Shown here: positions 11,470-21,129 of the stretch, piece after piece | How positions within the stretch are numbered: the first letter of the stretch is position 1 | Layout: each line of letters opens with the position of its first letter | Assembly (NCBI GenBank): GCA_016699595.1 | Contig: CP064982.1 | Span: forward strand, 443,829-507,828 | Length of the DNA: 64,000 nucleotides | Direction: 5' to 3' | Origin: a bacterium | GTDB lineage: Bacteria; Patescibacteriota; Dojkabacteria; GCA-016699595 | Notes under the pieces: model-generated | Database searches by the model: none | Seen by the model: only the letters and a program-made list of their open reading frames with translations | Told to the model about the DNA's origin: nothing | Program-made: the position numbers and the translations under genes

Positions 11470-11919
11470 GGGCGCGAAAGGATTTCGACAGAAGTACTGA
11501 TCCAAAAATCTCATGCAGTGTTTTACCATTATTGACACTTCAAAATAAATTTGGTAGTGATTTTCACTAGCATACATAAATGCAAACATCAAAACACAAT
11601 TTGCTCAATTTGCAAAAAATGTAAAAAGTGCCCTATATTATAGTGGCTTACTAAATTTTGCATAATAATTGAGCGAAGAAATGCCATGCATTTCCATAGA
11701 ATTAATTCCTTGATGGTGGAGAATTGATCTATGTTTCAAAAACACCATATGTAATATCTCTGTTTTTTATATGCTCAGAGGTACAAAACTATGAAGCATA
11801 TACTATTTGAAATACTTTTATAGATTGACATTCAAATAGAAACTAAATCTATAAAAGCATGTTATAAAGATTTAGGAAACGACTTTTGGAAGCGAGTTCG
11901 AATCTCGCCGCGTCCACCA
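11470..11919 (+). ncRNA. ssrA: transfer-messenger RNA (tmRNA, ssrA), not present in the ORF track
   Basis: The 3' end ggaagcgagttcgaatctcgccgcgtccacca aligns position-by-position with the E. coli tmRNA 3' end (GGACGCGGGUUCAACUCCCGCCAGCUCCACCA): T-arm, acceptor strand and encoded CCA. The 5' end gggcgcgaaaggatttcgacag pairs with that 3' strand across 7 bp, including a G3:U70 wobble, and contains the conserved GGAUUCGAC-like motif. An internal reading frame (11582-11668) ends in TAA TAA. Confidence 0.6.
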
Positions 11920-11964
11920 ATGTCGAACTCAAAAGTACTTAATAATTTTTAAAGAACAAATTTT

Positions 11965-12195
11965 ATGTCAACAGATCAAATTCTAAACTACTTAATCATT
12001 GCGATTTCGGTAATCTTGTCCATTTCTATTCTTCTACAAGCAAGAGGTTCAGGACTTGGTAGTATGTTTGGGGGAGGAAGTGGTGGAGGTGAAATGTACA
12101 GGTCTAGAAGAGGACTTGAAAAGTTCTTGTATTATTTGACAGTGATTTCTGCAATCATTCTTGTTGCTTTGTGCGTAGCATCTCTAGTTATATAG
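11965..12195 (+). CDS. secG: preprotein translocase subunit SecG
   Basis: 76 aa with two TM helices and the Gly-rich SecG loop (LLQARGSGLGSMFGGGSGGG). Confidence 0.75.
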   Translation: MSTDQILNYLIIAISVILSISILLQARGSGLGSMFGGGSGGGEMYRSRRGLEKFLYYLTVISAIILVALCVASLVI

Positions 12196-12328
12196 TCTAA
12201 GTAGATGTAAAAACTAGCTTACTTCTACTTCATAGTTAGGAAATCCTAAATCATCCACAAACATTAAGATGATTTAGTTTGATAACTAAATTTGATAATT
12301 TAGAATATCACGGTTTTTTGAATAATAA

Positions 12329-14059
12329 ATGAATTTGAAATTCAGCAAAAACAAATTTTTGAAAAATGGAAGTCTCGCTTTCGTTTTCTTAGCTTTAGTA
12401 TTGATAATTTTCATACTTTATTCTGTGATAAGTTCAGGAAACATTGGGAAGGATTTATTCTCCCTAAAAAAGGAGATTACCGAAGGTGTTTTGGTTGACA
12501 AAAGCTTTATCGGTATACAAAGAGTATTTCCAACAAATTATAATACTTCAGATCTTGACAGATCTATATCTAGCTTGATTTATGAACCACTTTTCAGAGT
12601 TGATCAAGACGAAAATATAATTCCAGTACTTGCAGAAAATTTTAGTCAAGAAAATTACAAGTACACAATCAATCTCAAACAAAATATAAAGTTTTCAAAC
12701 GGTCAATCAATGACTGCTAACGATGTTATTTCTACTATCAATGCAATTAGAACAAAATTTAATGACAGTGCTACAAAAACAATATTTGATGAGTTGAAGT
12801 ACGATGCTCCCGATGATTTCACTATAACTTTGGATGTAGGCAAATATATACCTACTCTTTTTGAAGATTTATCTTTTGGCATAATGCCTGCAAGTGAACT
12901 TGACAAAGTCGCAGATAAATTTATTGGACTTGAAATATCTAGAAATCCCATTGGAACTGGACCGATGAAAAAAAATTCTTCGAGCGAAAAAGAATATGTG
13001 TTGGTAAAAAATGAATTTTTTAGAAGTGCAGAAAACATAAAAATTGATAAATATATATTTAAGTTTTTCAAATCTCAAACACAACTTGAGAGAAGTTTAC
13101 TTGGCAAAAGTGTTACTTTCACAAAGAATATTAGGTTAAATAAATTGAAAGTAATAGATGGGGATGTTTTGAAAAATGATAATTACTATTTAACAAATTA
13201 CGAATCAAATGTTTTTGCAAACAGATATTGGAGTCTTTATTTTAACCTAAAAGATGAGGCACTTATGAATGATACTGAAAAAGATACTTTGAAAGTATTT
13301 CAAGATAATAATGTTCGAAGAGCGATAAATCTCGGGATAAACAAATCAATAATAGCATCATCGATATCAACCAAATCTCAGCCTATGCAAAGAGCTCTCT
13401 CAGAGTTGAGTTGGGTAAATTTGGGGAATAGTAACCCATATTTGTTTGATAATTCCAAATCCGATACACTATTAAATGAATCTGGATGGCTAATGGTAGA
13501 AGGAAAAAGGCAAAAAAACCAGCAAGTACTTGAGTTCAAAATTACTTACTTCCAAAACGAAACCTCGAACGAGGTAATAAACTTAATTATAGAACAGTTA
13601 AAAAGTATAGGTATTCAAGCAGTAGCAGATCCAATATCGGATGCATCTCATTTGAATGATCAAATTCTCAAAACAAAACAATTTGAAGTGGTATTGCTCG
13701 GAACAGAAACATATATAGATCCAGATAGATCTCGACTTTGGCTGGAAAGTCAAATATCCCAAGATGGGTTGAATATATCTAGTTACAGAAGTAGTGAAAA
13801 AGTTCAAGATATAATAACTGGTAGTGAAATTTCTAGGGTTGATGATGCCTTGAATCGTGCAAGAAGCATAGAGGACAAAGAAACAAGGATAAAGTTGTAT
13901 AAAGATTTTGAGAAGATCATAGACAAGGATTCACCGGTAATTTTTCTTTATCAGCCAAATATCAACATAATATCTAATAAAGCACTCACTATGCCACTTG
14001 ATAATCTCGTTTCTCCTCAGAGTATTTACTACAACCTTGAACTTTGGAACTTGAATTGA
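12329..14059 (+). CDS. ABC transporter substrate-binding protein, family 5 (OppA/DppA-like), N-terminally membrane-anchored
   Basis: Has an N-terminal TM, then ...LIYEPLFRVDQDENIIPVLAE...YKYTINLKQNIKFSNGQSMTANDV..., which is typical of SBP_bac_5. No permease or ATPase genes are adjacent. Confidence 0.75.
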   Translation: MNLKFSKNKFLKNGSLAFVFLALVLIIFILYSVISSGNIGKDLFSLKKEITEGVLVDKSFIGIQRVFPTNYNTSDLDRSISSLIYEPLFRVDQDENIIPVLAENFSQENYKYTINLKQNIKFSNGQSMTANDVISTINAIRTKFNDSATKTIFDELKYDAPDDFTITLDVGKYIPTLFEDLSFGIMPASELDKVADKFIGLEISRNPIGTGPMKKNSSSEKEYVLVKNEFFRSAENIKIDKYIFKFFKSQTQLERSLLGKSVTFTKNIRLNKLKVIDGDVLKNDNYYLTNYESNVFANRYWSLYFNLKDEALMNDTEKDTLKVFQDNNVRRAINLGINKSIIASSISTKSQPMQRALSELSWVNLGNSNPYLFDNSKSDTLLNESGWLMVEGKRQKNQQVLEFKITYFQNETSNEVINLIIEQLKSIGIQAVADPISDASHLNDQILKTKQFEVVLLGTETYIDPDRSRLWLESQISQDGLNISSYRSSEKVQDIITGSEISRVDDALNRARSIEDKETRIKLYKDFEKIIDKDSPVIFLYQPNINIISNKALTMPLDNLVSPQSIYYNLELWNLN

Positions 14060-14088
14060 TTTTGATTATTTGGTAAGCTTAATTTATT

Positions 14089-14964
14089 ATGACTTATCCA
14101 AATGAAATCAATGGCAATAAAAACGAAATAAAGGAAAAGATAAGAAAGTTTCATGAATTAGAACCTCAAGCCAAAGATTCTATATTTACTTACAAGAATG
14201 TCTTAACCTCAGAAGGAAATAAGTCACGAAACAAGGAAATCAACAATGATTCCTATAAACAAGATCCCATTCGAATTGACTTAGTCAATCATAAATTTTC
14301 ATTATCAGGGTGTCTAACATCAATAATTCTTGTTATATTCATTATTTTTGCATTTATATACTTCTTAACAACACAATTTCCATCTGTCAAAGAAAAGGTA
14401 GATAGTTTTATTTCTAGTAACATTTCTCCTACTTTAGAACAGAAATTTCAGGGCATAAACTTGGACCTACCATTTCTCAAAAAAGACTCTAGCAATATAA
14501 GCAACGAGTATTTGTCATCTTTCATCTCAAAAGTTGCTAATGCTACAAATAACAATGATCAAGTGATCGTTCTAACATTGACAGAAGATGAGATAAATTC
14601 ATTTATTTCATCAAAGGATATTAAGGTAAGAAATTATAAAACCGAAACTATACTTAAGATCTTTCCAGAGAAAATCGATGTTGAAATAAAAGTCAAAGAT
14701 ATCATCGCCGGACATGCATATATAGGAACGAATTCACTGGGTAAGTTTCGAATAGATGGTGGTAAGATAGCAACAATTGACTTATCAATAAAAGACTTTC
14801 GTGACAAAGTTGGGAAATTACCACTAGGTATAGGTAATTATGATTTTGAAAAAATTCATGAAGATATTGAAACTCTGCTTTTTGATGGTAAATGGAATAT
14901 AGATAGAGTTGTTTTGAAAAATAAGGAGATGGATGTTTCGATCACAAGAAGAAGCAGCATATAA
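14089..14964 (+). CDS. hypothetical single-pass membrane protein
   Basis: 291 aa with one TM (~aa 75-95). No recognisable domain. Confidence 0.4.
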   Translation: MTYPNEINGNKNEIKEKIRKFHELEPQAKDSIFTYKNVLTSEGNKSRNKEINNDSYKQDPIRIDLVNHKFSLSGCLTSIILVIFIIFAFIYFLTTQFPSVKEKVDSFISSNISPTLEQKFQGINLDLPFLKKDSSNISNEYLSSFISKVANATNNNDQVIVLTLTEDEINSFISSKDIKVRNYKTETILKIFPEKIDVEIKVKDIIAGHAYIGTNSLGKFRIDGGKIATIDLSIKDFRDKVGKLPLGIGNYDFEKIHEDIETLLFDGKWNIDRVVLKNKEMDVSITRRSSI

Positions 14965-15016
14965 ATTTTGGTGAAGTAATAAGTTTTTGATGTGATATAT
15001 AAAATAATTAGTACCT

Positions 15017-15862
15017 ATGCTAATAATTATCCACGGAGAAGATAACTTCAATTCTATAGTAAAACTGAATAGTCTGAAAAAGGCAGCAAAGAGCAAAGGG
15101 TATACTCTGAAATCTATCGACTTAGACATTCTAGACGAATCTATCATAAATACTATCTACCAAAGTTCAGAAGAGTTTTTTTCGAACAAGCATCTTTATA
15201 TATTCAAAAGGATTTCAGATCTTGATAAAAAATTTTTTAGCATCTTTTATGACTTGCTAAAGCATAAATTTGCAAACAACAACAGTAAAGAAGATGTAGA
15301 TAATATTGCAATAATTTGGGAGGAGGTAACTATAAAAAATGAGCATCCTCTATGGGAAAATAAAGTAACTACATATTTTTTTCCACTATCAACAAATTCT
15401 GCTAAAGAAGCTAAGCAACTTGTTTCAAAACTGAACCTAAAGTTTGAATTGGACTTTGACTTGTCTATGGTTCAAAAGGTTACTGATTATATTGGATATG
15501 ACAAATTTACTATATTGAACGAAATGAAAAAGCTGTTTGTGCTTAAAAATGATAAAAGGGAACTTAATGAATCTAATGTACAATCATACTTATCATCTAG
15601 CTTTGAAATGTCACCGCAAAATTTGTTAGAATATCGAGAAGCAGATCTTGCTAATTTTGCTAGGAAAGTTAGAGTCTCGCTTTCACAAAAAGATTTTTAC
15701 AATTATATCTTAGCTATTTGGGCGAACAGTTTAATGAACTATGGAAATCGTAGATTAGCAAAAAATCTAATGTTATATGATTTTCAGTTTAAAAGTGGAA
15801 TAATCAAAGAGGAAGATGTTTTTATCTTATCATACAAAGATTGTTATGAAAAAAAATTATAA
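15017..15862 (+). CDS. possible DNA polymerase III delta subunit (HolA-like); weak call
   Basis: The N-terminus MLIIIHGEDNFNSIVKLNSLKK resembles the HolA start (I/L-Y-L-x-x-G-E-D). The size (281 aa) fits reduced-genome HolA. The rest is too divergent to be certain. Confidence 0.35.
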   Translation: MLIIIHGEDNFNSIVKLNSLKKAAKSKGYTLKSIDLDILDESIINTIYQSSEEFFSNKHLYIFKRISDLDKKFFSIFYDLLKHKFANNNSKEDVDNIAIIWEEVTIKNEHPLWENKVTTYFFPLSTNSAKEAKQLVSKLNLKFELDFDLSMVQKVTDYIGYDKFTILNEMKKLFVLKNDKRELNESNVQSYLSSSFEMSPQNLLEYREADLANFARKVRVSLSQKDFYNYILAIWANSLMNYGNRRLAKNLMLYDFQFKSGIIKEEDVFILSYKDCYEKKL

Positions 15863-17171
15863 TATGACTTATAAAACACGAGTAGTAAAACTTTTTTTTA
15901 TTGTAACTACATCACTGTCATTTCTTATTTTCAATAGCCTAGTATTTAAATTGCATATAGAGAATGTAAGTGCCGTTACTATCGAAGAATTGGAAGAACA
16001 GATAAGTAAGTACAAAAAGGAATTAGAAATTATTGAAGCACAAAAAAAATCTCTTACTACTCAAATTGCAAACAATAAAAAGCAGATATCTAGTAATGAA
16101 CAACAGATTGATGTTATTTCACAAGAGATTGAACTTCAAGAACTGGAGATTGAATCTTTGCAAACTCAAATTGCAAGCTCAGAAGACAATTTGAAAACCT
16201 TGGGAATGGCATTGGGAATTGCAGAGATGGAACTCAAGTTGACAAATGAGCAAATTGACAAAATTTCACAAATAGCTGAATATCAAACAAGACAAATTTA
16301 CAAAAAATTAAAAGTCACCAGTTCAACTAGCATACTGAACATGGTTGATTCAAATAATTTTCTGAATTCAAAAAGCTTTGACGAGATTTTGACAAAGAAA
16401 GATAGATTGATTATTGAAGAACTATCAAGGCTTAAGACATTGCAAGACCAAAAGACTTTTCAAATTCAAGAAAACAAGTCAGAACAAGAGAAAGTAAATT
16501 TTTCTCTAAATGATCAAAAGCAACAACTAGAAACTGCAAAGGCGTCTTTAGAACAAAGAAAAAGTTTTCTTGCAAATCAGATTGAAGTTTTGGGTGTACA
16601 AATTAGCACTGCGTCAAATCAACAAGGTGTACTAAGTGAGAAAGAAAAACAGGCCGAATCTCTACTGAATCAATATGAAAGTGAACTTATAGCTTATATA
16701 AATTCTCAAGTCATAGTCTCAGGTGCAGAAGTGAAAAAAGGCGATATAGTCGGTTATCAAGGGAATACTGGGAACTCTACTGGAGAACACTTGCATTTCA
16801 CTGTCATCTTAAATGGTACAAAAGTGAATCCTTGCAAATATTTACCTGCTAGTGGAATAGTATCAAATGCCGGAATGACTTGTAATTATGGAAATGGTAC
16901 TTTGGGACTACCTGAACTTAGAAATCCTATAATGACACAAGAATATTCCAACTCATCTTTAGGTTACTATCATGATGGTATAGATATTGTTGGACCAAGA
17001 GGAAATGCCATTCTTGCAGCTCACGATGGATACATCCAAAGAGGTAAGTATAATTGCATACCAGGATTTCCAATTGCCTGTAACAATGGTGGTGCTAATT
17101 ATGTAAGAATTTGTGAGGACAAAAGCTGTACAAAAGGATTTACGACGATTTACATTCACTTAAGAGACTAA
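15816..17171 (+). CDS. M23 family metallopeptidase with N-terminal coiled coil (EnvC/LytM-like); the M23 motifs appear in permuted order
   Basis: Has an N-terminal TM and a long heptad-repeat region. The C-terminal region contains GYQGNTGNSTGEHLHF (the HxH block) before YYHDGIDIVGPRGNAILAAHDG (the HxxxD block). A Cys-rich insert is present. Confidence 0.7.
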   Translation: MFLSYHTKIVMKKNYNMTYKTRVVKLFFIVTTSLSFLIFNSLVFKLHIENVSAVTIEELEEQISKYKKELEIIEAQKKSLTTQIANNKKQISSNEQQIDVISQEIELQELEIESLQTQIASSEDNLKTLGMALGIAEMELKLTNEQIDKISQIAEYQTRQIYKKLKVTSSTSILNMVDSNNFLNSKSFDEILTKKDRLIIEELSRLKTLQDQKTFQIQENKSEQEKVNFSLNDQKQQLETAKASLEQRKSFLANQIEVLGVQISTASNQQGVLSEKEKQAESLLNQYESELIAYINSQVIVSGAEVKKGDIVGYQGNTGNSTGEHLHFTVILNGTKVNPCKYLPASGIVSNAGMTCNYGNGTLGLPELRNPIMTQEYSNSSLGYYHDGIDIVGPRGNAILAAHDGYIQRGKYNCIPGFPIACNNGGANYVRICEDKSCTKGFTTIYIHLRD

Positions 17172-17217
17172 ATTTTCCAGTAATTTGTATCTATTATCTA
17201 TACTAGATATTGGAGAA

Positions 17218-17490
17218 TTATTCTGGCCAGATCCTTTGCATATTCTCATCAAACACTTCTATAGCAAAAACTGGGCAGCTCTGAGCTCCAGCCAATACAT
17301 CTTCCAAACTATCATATTGAGTACCGTCTTCTTTGAGGTAAACCAAGTTTTCCTCGTCAAGTCCAAAAGTCGCAGGAGCTAGCGCAGCACAACTTCCAGC
17401 GCCTATACATGTAGGTCGATCAATTTTCAGATAACAAATCTTTCCATCATTTGTAATAATCTTTTTTAAGTCCTTGTGTTGATTATCCAT
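17218..17490 (-). CDS. small ferredoxin-like protein
   Basis: 90 aa with CIGAGSC ... AQSCP: four Cys in a single-cluster Fe-S ferredoxin spacing (Cx5C ... CP). Confidence 0.55.
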   Translation of the reverse strand: MDNQHKDLKKIITNDGKICYLKIDRPTCIGAGSCAALAPATFGLDEENLVYLKEDGTQYDSLEDVLAGAQSCPVFAIEVFDENMQRIWPE

Positions 17491-17497
17491 CTTTAAT

Positions 17498-17698
17498 TTA
17501 TTTTTTTGTTAAACTTTTGATACGAATGAAAATCGCTACCGGAAATAGCACGCCAAAAAATATTGATAAAAAGAATTCGAAATTAAATTGCGAATTATTT
17601 ATCAAATTAAATACATTTCCCCATGCGCCGATAGTAAGCGATGAGTATATTATTATGACTAATAAAGAAATTGGGTTTTGCGTAATATTTTTGATCAT
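17498..17698 (-). CDS. hypothetical small 2-TM membrane protein
   Basis: 66 aa, strongly hydrophobic, lying between serS and the ferredoxin gene. It may be spurious. Confidence 0.25.
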   Translation of the reverse strand: MIKNITQNPISLLVIIIYSSLTIGAWGNVFNLINNSQFNFEFFLSIFFGVLFPVAIFIRIKSLTKK

Positions 17699-17714
17699 TG
17701 AATTATTTAAAAAA

Positions 17715-19097
17715 TTATTTTCCTATAAACTCCCTTCCCATAAACTCTCTCAAAACTTCAGGAACCTTTATACTTCCATCACTTTGTTGATAATTGTCTG
17801 CAATCGCTATCAAAATCCTATCCGGTCCTCCAGTACAATTCACAGTATGACAATACTTTTTATTTCCATCTTTATCTATATATTTCATATTCATTCTTCT
17901 AGCTTGAAAATCAGTTGCATTTGTATCAGTTCCAACTTCGATAAATTCTTGTTGAGCTGTAAGCCAAACTTCAGGATCTGCTTGACGAGCTGATGCATTA
18001 TATCCAGAATCTCCGCTAACTTTTTCAACTACATGAAAAGGTAGTTCAAGTTTGGTCAGCAACCACTTGTTTATATCCAAAAGTTCATCATAAATCTGAC
18101 TTGATTGATCAGCAGTACAAACAACATCAAGTTCCATTTTTGTAAATTGATGAATTCTTTTGATTCCTTTCACATCTTTTCCCCAACTTCCAACTTCAGA
18201 TCTAAAACATGGAGTTACAGCCATCATTTTGGCAGGTAATTCTGATTCTTTGACAGTTCTATCCATATATAAAGCAAAGTTTGGTGGTTCTGAACTTCCA
18301 ACTAGGAACAATCTATCTTTTTCTTCAAGATATTCAGAACTAACTTCATAAACTTGATCTTTGCCTTCTGGCAAATGTGAAGTTCCAAACAATACTTTCT
18401 CTTTTACAAGCAATGGAGGATCAACCCAAAAATAACCTTTCTTTTCAAGTTCGAGTTCCATCATTCTATGAACTGCTCTTCGCATTTTGACTAAATCTCC
18501 AAGTAAGTAAATAAACCTTGTCCCAGATGATTTTGCTCCTTGTTCTAAATTTACTAATCCTAAATCCAAAAATAAATCTAAATGATGTTTTGGTTTCATT
18601 TCGCCAGATTGTAATCTTTCATCCCAATGCGGAGAAACATCAGGACACCAAGGTTGTCTTTTTGAACCATATCCTAACTCTATTCTTTCATCTTTAAATG
18701 ATCTTGCATAAACTTCAGGATTTTCTTCATCACTACTTCCTACAATCATTCCTTCATATGGAATATTTGGAAACCATGATTGGATTTCAAGCCATGTTTT
18801 CTCAATTTCGGCAAGTTTCATTTCAAGTTCTGGAAGTTTGTCTTTTAGAGCTTTTGCTTCTGACACCATTTCAGAAGTTCGTTTGGACTCATCTTGCAAT
18901 AGTTCGGCAATTTCATTTCGTTTTGCATTTATTTCTTCAATTTCTTTAATTACACTCGATCTTTCTAAATCTAATTTTAAGAATTTATCTACATTGGCAT
19001 TTTTCACTAAAACTTTGGAACTATCACCACCAGCTTTATTCAAAATGATTTGCTTGAGTTTTTCAGGATTTTCTCTAACCCATTTGAGATCTAGCAT
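17715..19097 (-). CDS. serS: seryl-tRNA synthetase
   Basis: Has the N-terminal coiled-coil arm and class II motifs (...TPCFRSEVGSWGKDVKGIKRIHQFTKMELD..., ...GGPDRILIAI...). Confidence 0.95.
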   Translation of the reverse strand: MLDLKWVRENPEKLKQIILNKAGGDSSKVLVKNANVDKFLKLDLERSSVIKEIEEINAKRNEIAELLQDESKRTSEMVSEAKALKDKLPELEMKLAEIEKTWLEIQSWFPNIPYEGMIVGSSDEENPEVYARSFKDERIELGYGSKRQPWCPDVSPHWDERLQSGEMKPKHHLDLFLDLGLVNLEQGAKSSGTRFIYLLGDLVKMRRAVHRMMELELEKKGYFWVDPPLLVKEKVLFGTSHLPEGKDQVYEVSSEYLEEKDRLFLVGSSEPPNFALYMDRTVKESELPAKMMAVTPCFRSEVGSWGKDVKGIKRIHQFTKMELDVVCTADQSSQIYDELLDINKWLLTKLELPFHVVEKVSGDSGYNASARQADPEVWLTAQQEFIEVGTDTNATDFQARRMNMKYIDKDGNKKYCHTVNCTGGPDRILIAIADNYQQSDGSIKVPEVLREFMGREFIGK

Positions 19098-19148
19098 AGT
19101 TTGTGAACTGTAAAAATAATAGTGAATTTTACCACTTGAACTAAATAA

Positions 19149-19592
19149 TTAAATCAAAATCTTGACTTTTTCAATATTTTCTACACAAATCCAACTTGCC
19201 ATCGCACCAAAACCAGCTTTTGAAATATTAAATGGTTCAACTTTCTCAACTTCAGTTAGCCAAATCAAAATTGCATATTTTTTACCCGTCAAATGTGCCT
19301 CCATTATGATTTCCATTTCTTTGGAAGTAATGCCAATATTTGCTTTACCAGCTGTAGCAATAAGTTTCAAACTTGAAGCTAAATCCAAATTTTCATATTG
19401 CTCCACCTTTAAGACCTTTGCTTTCAAATATATCGATTTTCCAGATTCTTTGAAAAAAATACTTTCTCCAACCTTAACTAAGTTCCAAGGTTTTGCTTTC
19501 AGTTTATAGAATCTTGTTTCAATAGTCTTAACTTTAGTTTCAATCTTCTCAACCAACTTCCATTTTGGTTGCATTATAGCTATATGAGTCAT
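19149..19592 (-). CDS. ASCH/PUA-like domain protein (hypothetical)
   Basis: 147 aa. The N-terminus contains the K-x-x-E-x-R pattern (KTIETR) typical of ASCH domains. Confidence 0.4.
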   Translation of the reverse strand: MTHIAIMQPKWKLVEKIETKVKTIETRFYKLKAKPWNLVKVGESIFFKESGKSIYLKAKVLKVEQYENLDLASSLKLIATAGKANIGITSKEMEIIMEAHLTGKKYAILIWLTEVEKVEPFNISKAGFGAMASWICVENIEKVKILI

Positions 19593-19607
19593 AGTTCAAA
19601 ACTGATA

Positions 19608-20513
19608 TTATTTGACAAAGAAATTCGTTCCATCGATTGCATTTTCGTGATCCAAAACTCCACCTCCAAATACTCTAAAATTATATTTCTTTATTAACTT
19701 ATCAACTGTCTGTACTAACCTTGCCTTGTGATCAATAGTTTGTGAATTTTGAAATTTATCAATCATTTTTTCATCAACCCTATTTGCTAGTTTCTTTATC
19801 AAAAGACTCATTCTTTTAGGTGGTAAGTTTATATGCTCAATAAAAAGATAATCAGTTCCCGCCTCTTTGATTTCATTAAATAATTTATCTAGAGAATCAG
19901 TATCATCTGCAAAATGTGGGAAAAGTGGTGAAATACAAACATAAGTCGAAATATCTGCTTTGTTCAACTTTCTTAGTGCGTTCAACCTGTCAGTTGAAAG
20001 TGGAGCATTTGTTTCAAATATTCTGCTAATTTCATCACCCAGTGAAGTAATTGTCATCCCAACTTGAATATTCAACTTTCGAAATAAATCAATATCTCGA
20101 GTAACTAGGGTTCCCTTTGTCAAAATTGATAGCTTACCTAGATAATTTTCATCTATAAAGATTTCAAGAATCCTCCTTGTGACTTTGTATTTTGCTTCAA
20201 TTCCTTGGTAAGGATCAGATACAGAACTCATCAAAATATCAGGGAGAATAGAATTATTCTTCCAAATTACTTTGTTGCCAATTTTTTTATTTAAAGTTTT
20301 TATTTCCTTTCTTAAAATATCTTCAAATTCTGTTTTTACATCTACATAACTTCCCCATTCATCTTTCAAATGATTTGTAAATTTGCGGGTAAACTCTGCA
20401 TAGCAATATACACAACCGTATGAGCATCCAGAATATTGATTAATTACAAAGTCAGCTCCAGGAAGTTTGGAGCTGACTATCATCGTTTTAGGTTGAATTG
20501 TATTGATCTTCAT
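19608..20513 (-). CDS. radical SAM protein, spore-photoproduct-lyase/DNA repair photolyase-like (COG1533 family)
   Basis: Has the CxxxCxxC motif GCSYGCVYCYAEF near the N-terminus. The overall length (301 aa) and layout resemble SplB-like radical SAM enzymes. Confidence 0.6.
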   Translation of the reverse strand: MKINTIQPKTMIVSSKLPGADFVINQYSGCSYGCVYCYAEFTRKFTNHLKDEWGSYVDVKTEFEDILRKEIKTLNKKIGNKVIWKNNSILPDILMSSVSDPYQGIEAKYKVTRRILEIFIDENYLGKLSILTKGTLVTRDIDLFRKLNIQVGMTITSLGDEISRIFETNAPLSTDRLNALRKLNKADISTYVCISPLFPHFADDTDSLDKLFNEIKEAGTDYLFIEHINLPPKRMSLLIKKLANRVDEKMIDKFQNSQTIDHKARLVQTVDKLIKKYNFRVFGGGVLDHENAIDGTNFFVK

Positions 20514-20531
20514 ATTAACTCTAATTAGATA

Positions 20532-21104
20532 TTAGTATGGCAATTCATCATCACTATTATCATTATACATATCTTCTTGAGGATCTACTTGGTCTGCACA
20601 ATTTGAATATGCTGATTTCATTTCTATAGCTATTTCATCCATAACAGTCTTCATAACCTCAGTTGGATCTTTACTATTCTCAGCTTTGATCTTCGCTTCC
20701 AAATTTGTTTTCAAAGTTGTTTCAACATCACGCATTTCAGTCTCGACACATGATGAAAACTTTGGATCATTTGTATATTGCGCATACTCCTTATCTAGGC
20801 TTTCAACCTGTGCAGTAAACTCTTTTATGGCAGGCCCCATAACTCTTGTAATAGCTATTGCAGAAGTACCAAAAAGTGCAACGCCTATACCACAGCAACA
20901 AAGAAGAGATATAACTATTCCCATCAAAACATAAAGCCAAGTCTTAGATTTTTTTTCGACATAAACTACATTTGGTTGTTGTACAGGTGCTTGCATTGTT
21001 GGCGATGCAGACATAACTTGAGGTACTGAGTTTGTTGGTTGTTGTGTATTTTCCATATTGTTTTTATAAATTACATTACTTGACTTAATATTTAAGTAAT
21101 GCAA
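20532..21104 (-). CDS. hypothetical bitopic membrane protein, CCC-motif family member 1
   Basis: Has a Pro/Gln-rich N-terminus (MENTQQPTNSVPQV...), a Lys-rich stretch and a TM containing LLCCCGIGV. It has paralogues at 36804 and 53900. The true start may be the internal Met (MENTQQ). Confidence 0.4.
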   Translation of the reverse strand: MHYLNIKSSNVIYKNNMENTQQPTNSVPQVMSASPTMQAPVQQPNVVYVEKKSKTWLYVLMGIVISLLCCCGIGVALFGTSAIAITRVMGPAIKEFTAQVESLDKEYAQYTNDPKFSSCVETEMRDVETTLKTNLEAKIKAENSKDPTEVMKTVMDEIAIEMKSAYSNCADQVDPQEDMYNDNSDDELPY

Positions 21105-21129
21105 AAGTTAATAATAGTTTTCCAAAAAA

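Noticed and set aside
11359-11592. 77-aa minus-strand ORF
   Set aside because: It overlaps the 5' third of the tmRNA gene on the opposite strand and has no recognisable features. It is most likely spurious.
16000-16320. Short nucleotide repeats (actcaaattgcaa..., gaacttcaagaactggagattgaa...) that could suggest a repeat array
   Set aside because: They encode heptad repeats (TQIAN/TQIAS, ELQELEIE) of the coiled-coil domain of the M23 protein. There are no regularly spaced identical repeats with unique spacers, so this is not CRISPR.
17517-17993. 158-aa plus-strand ORF
   Set aside because: It overlaps the 3' end of serS and the small membrane ORF on the opposite strand, and the translation is low-complexity. 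It is spurious.
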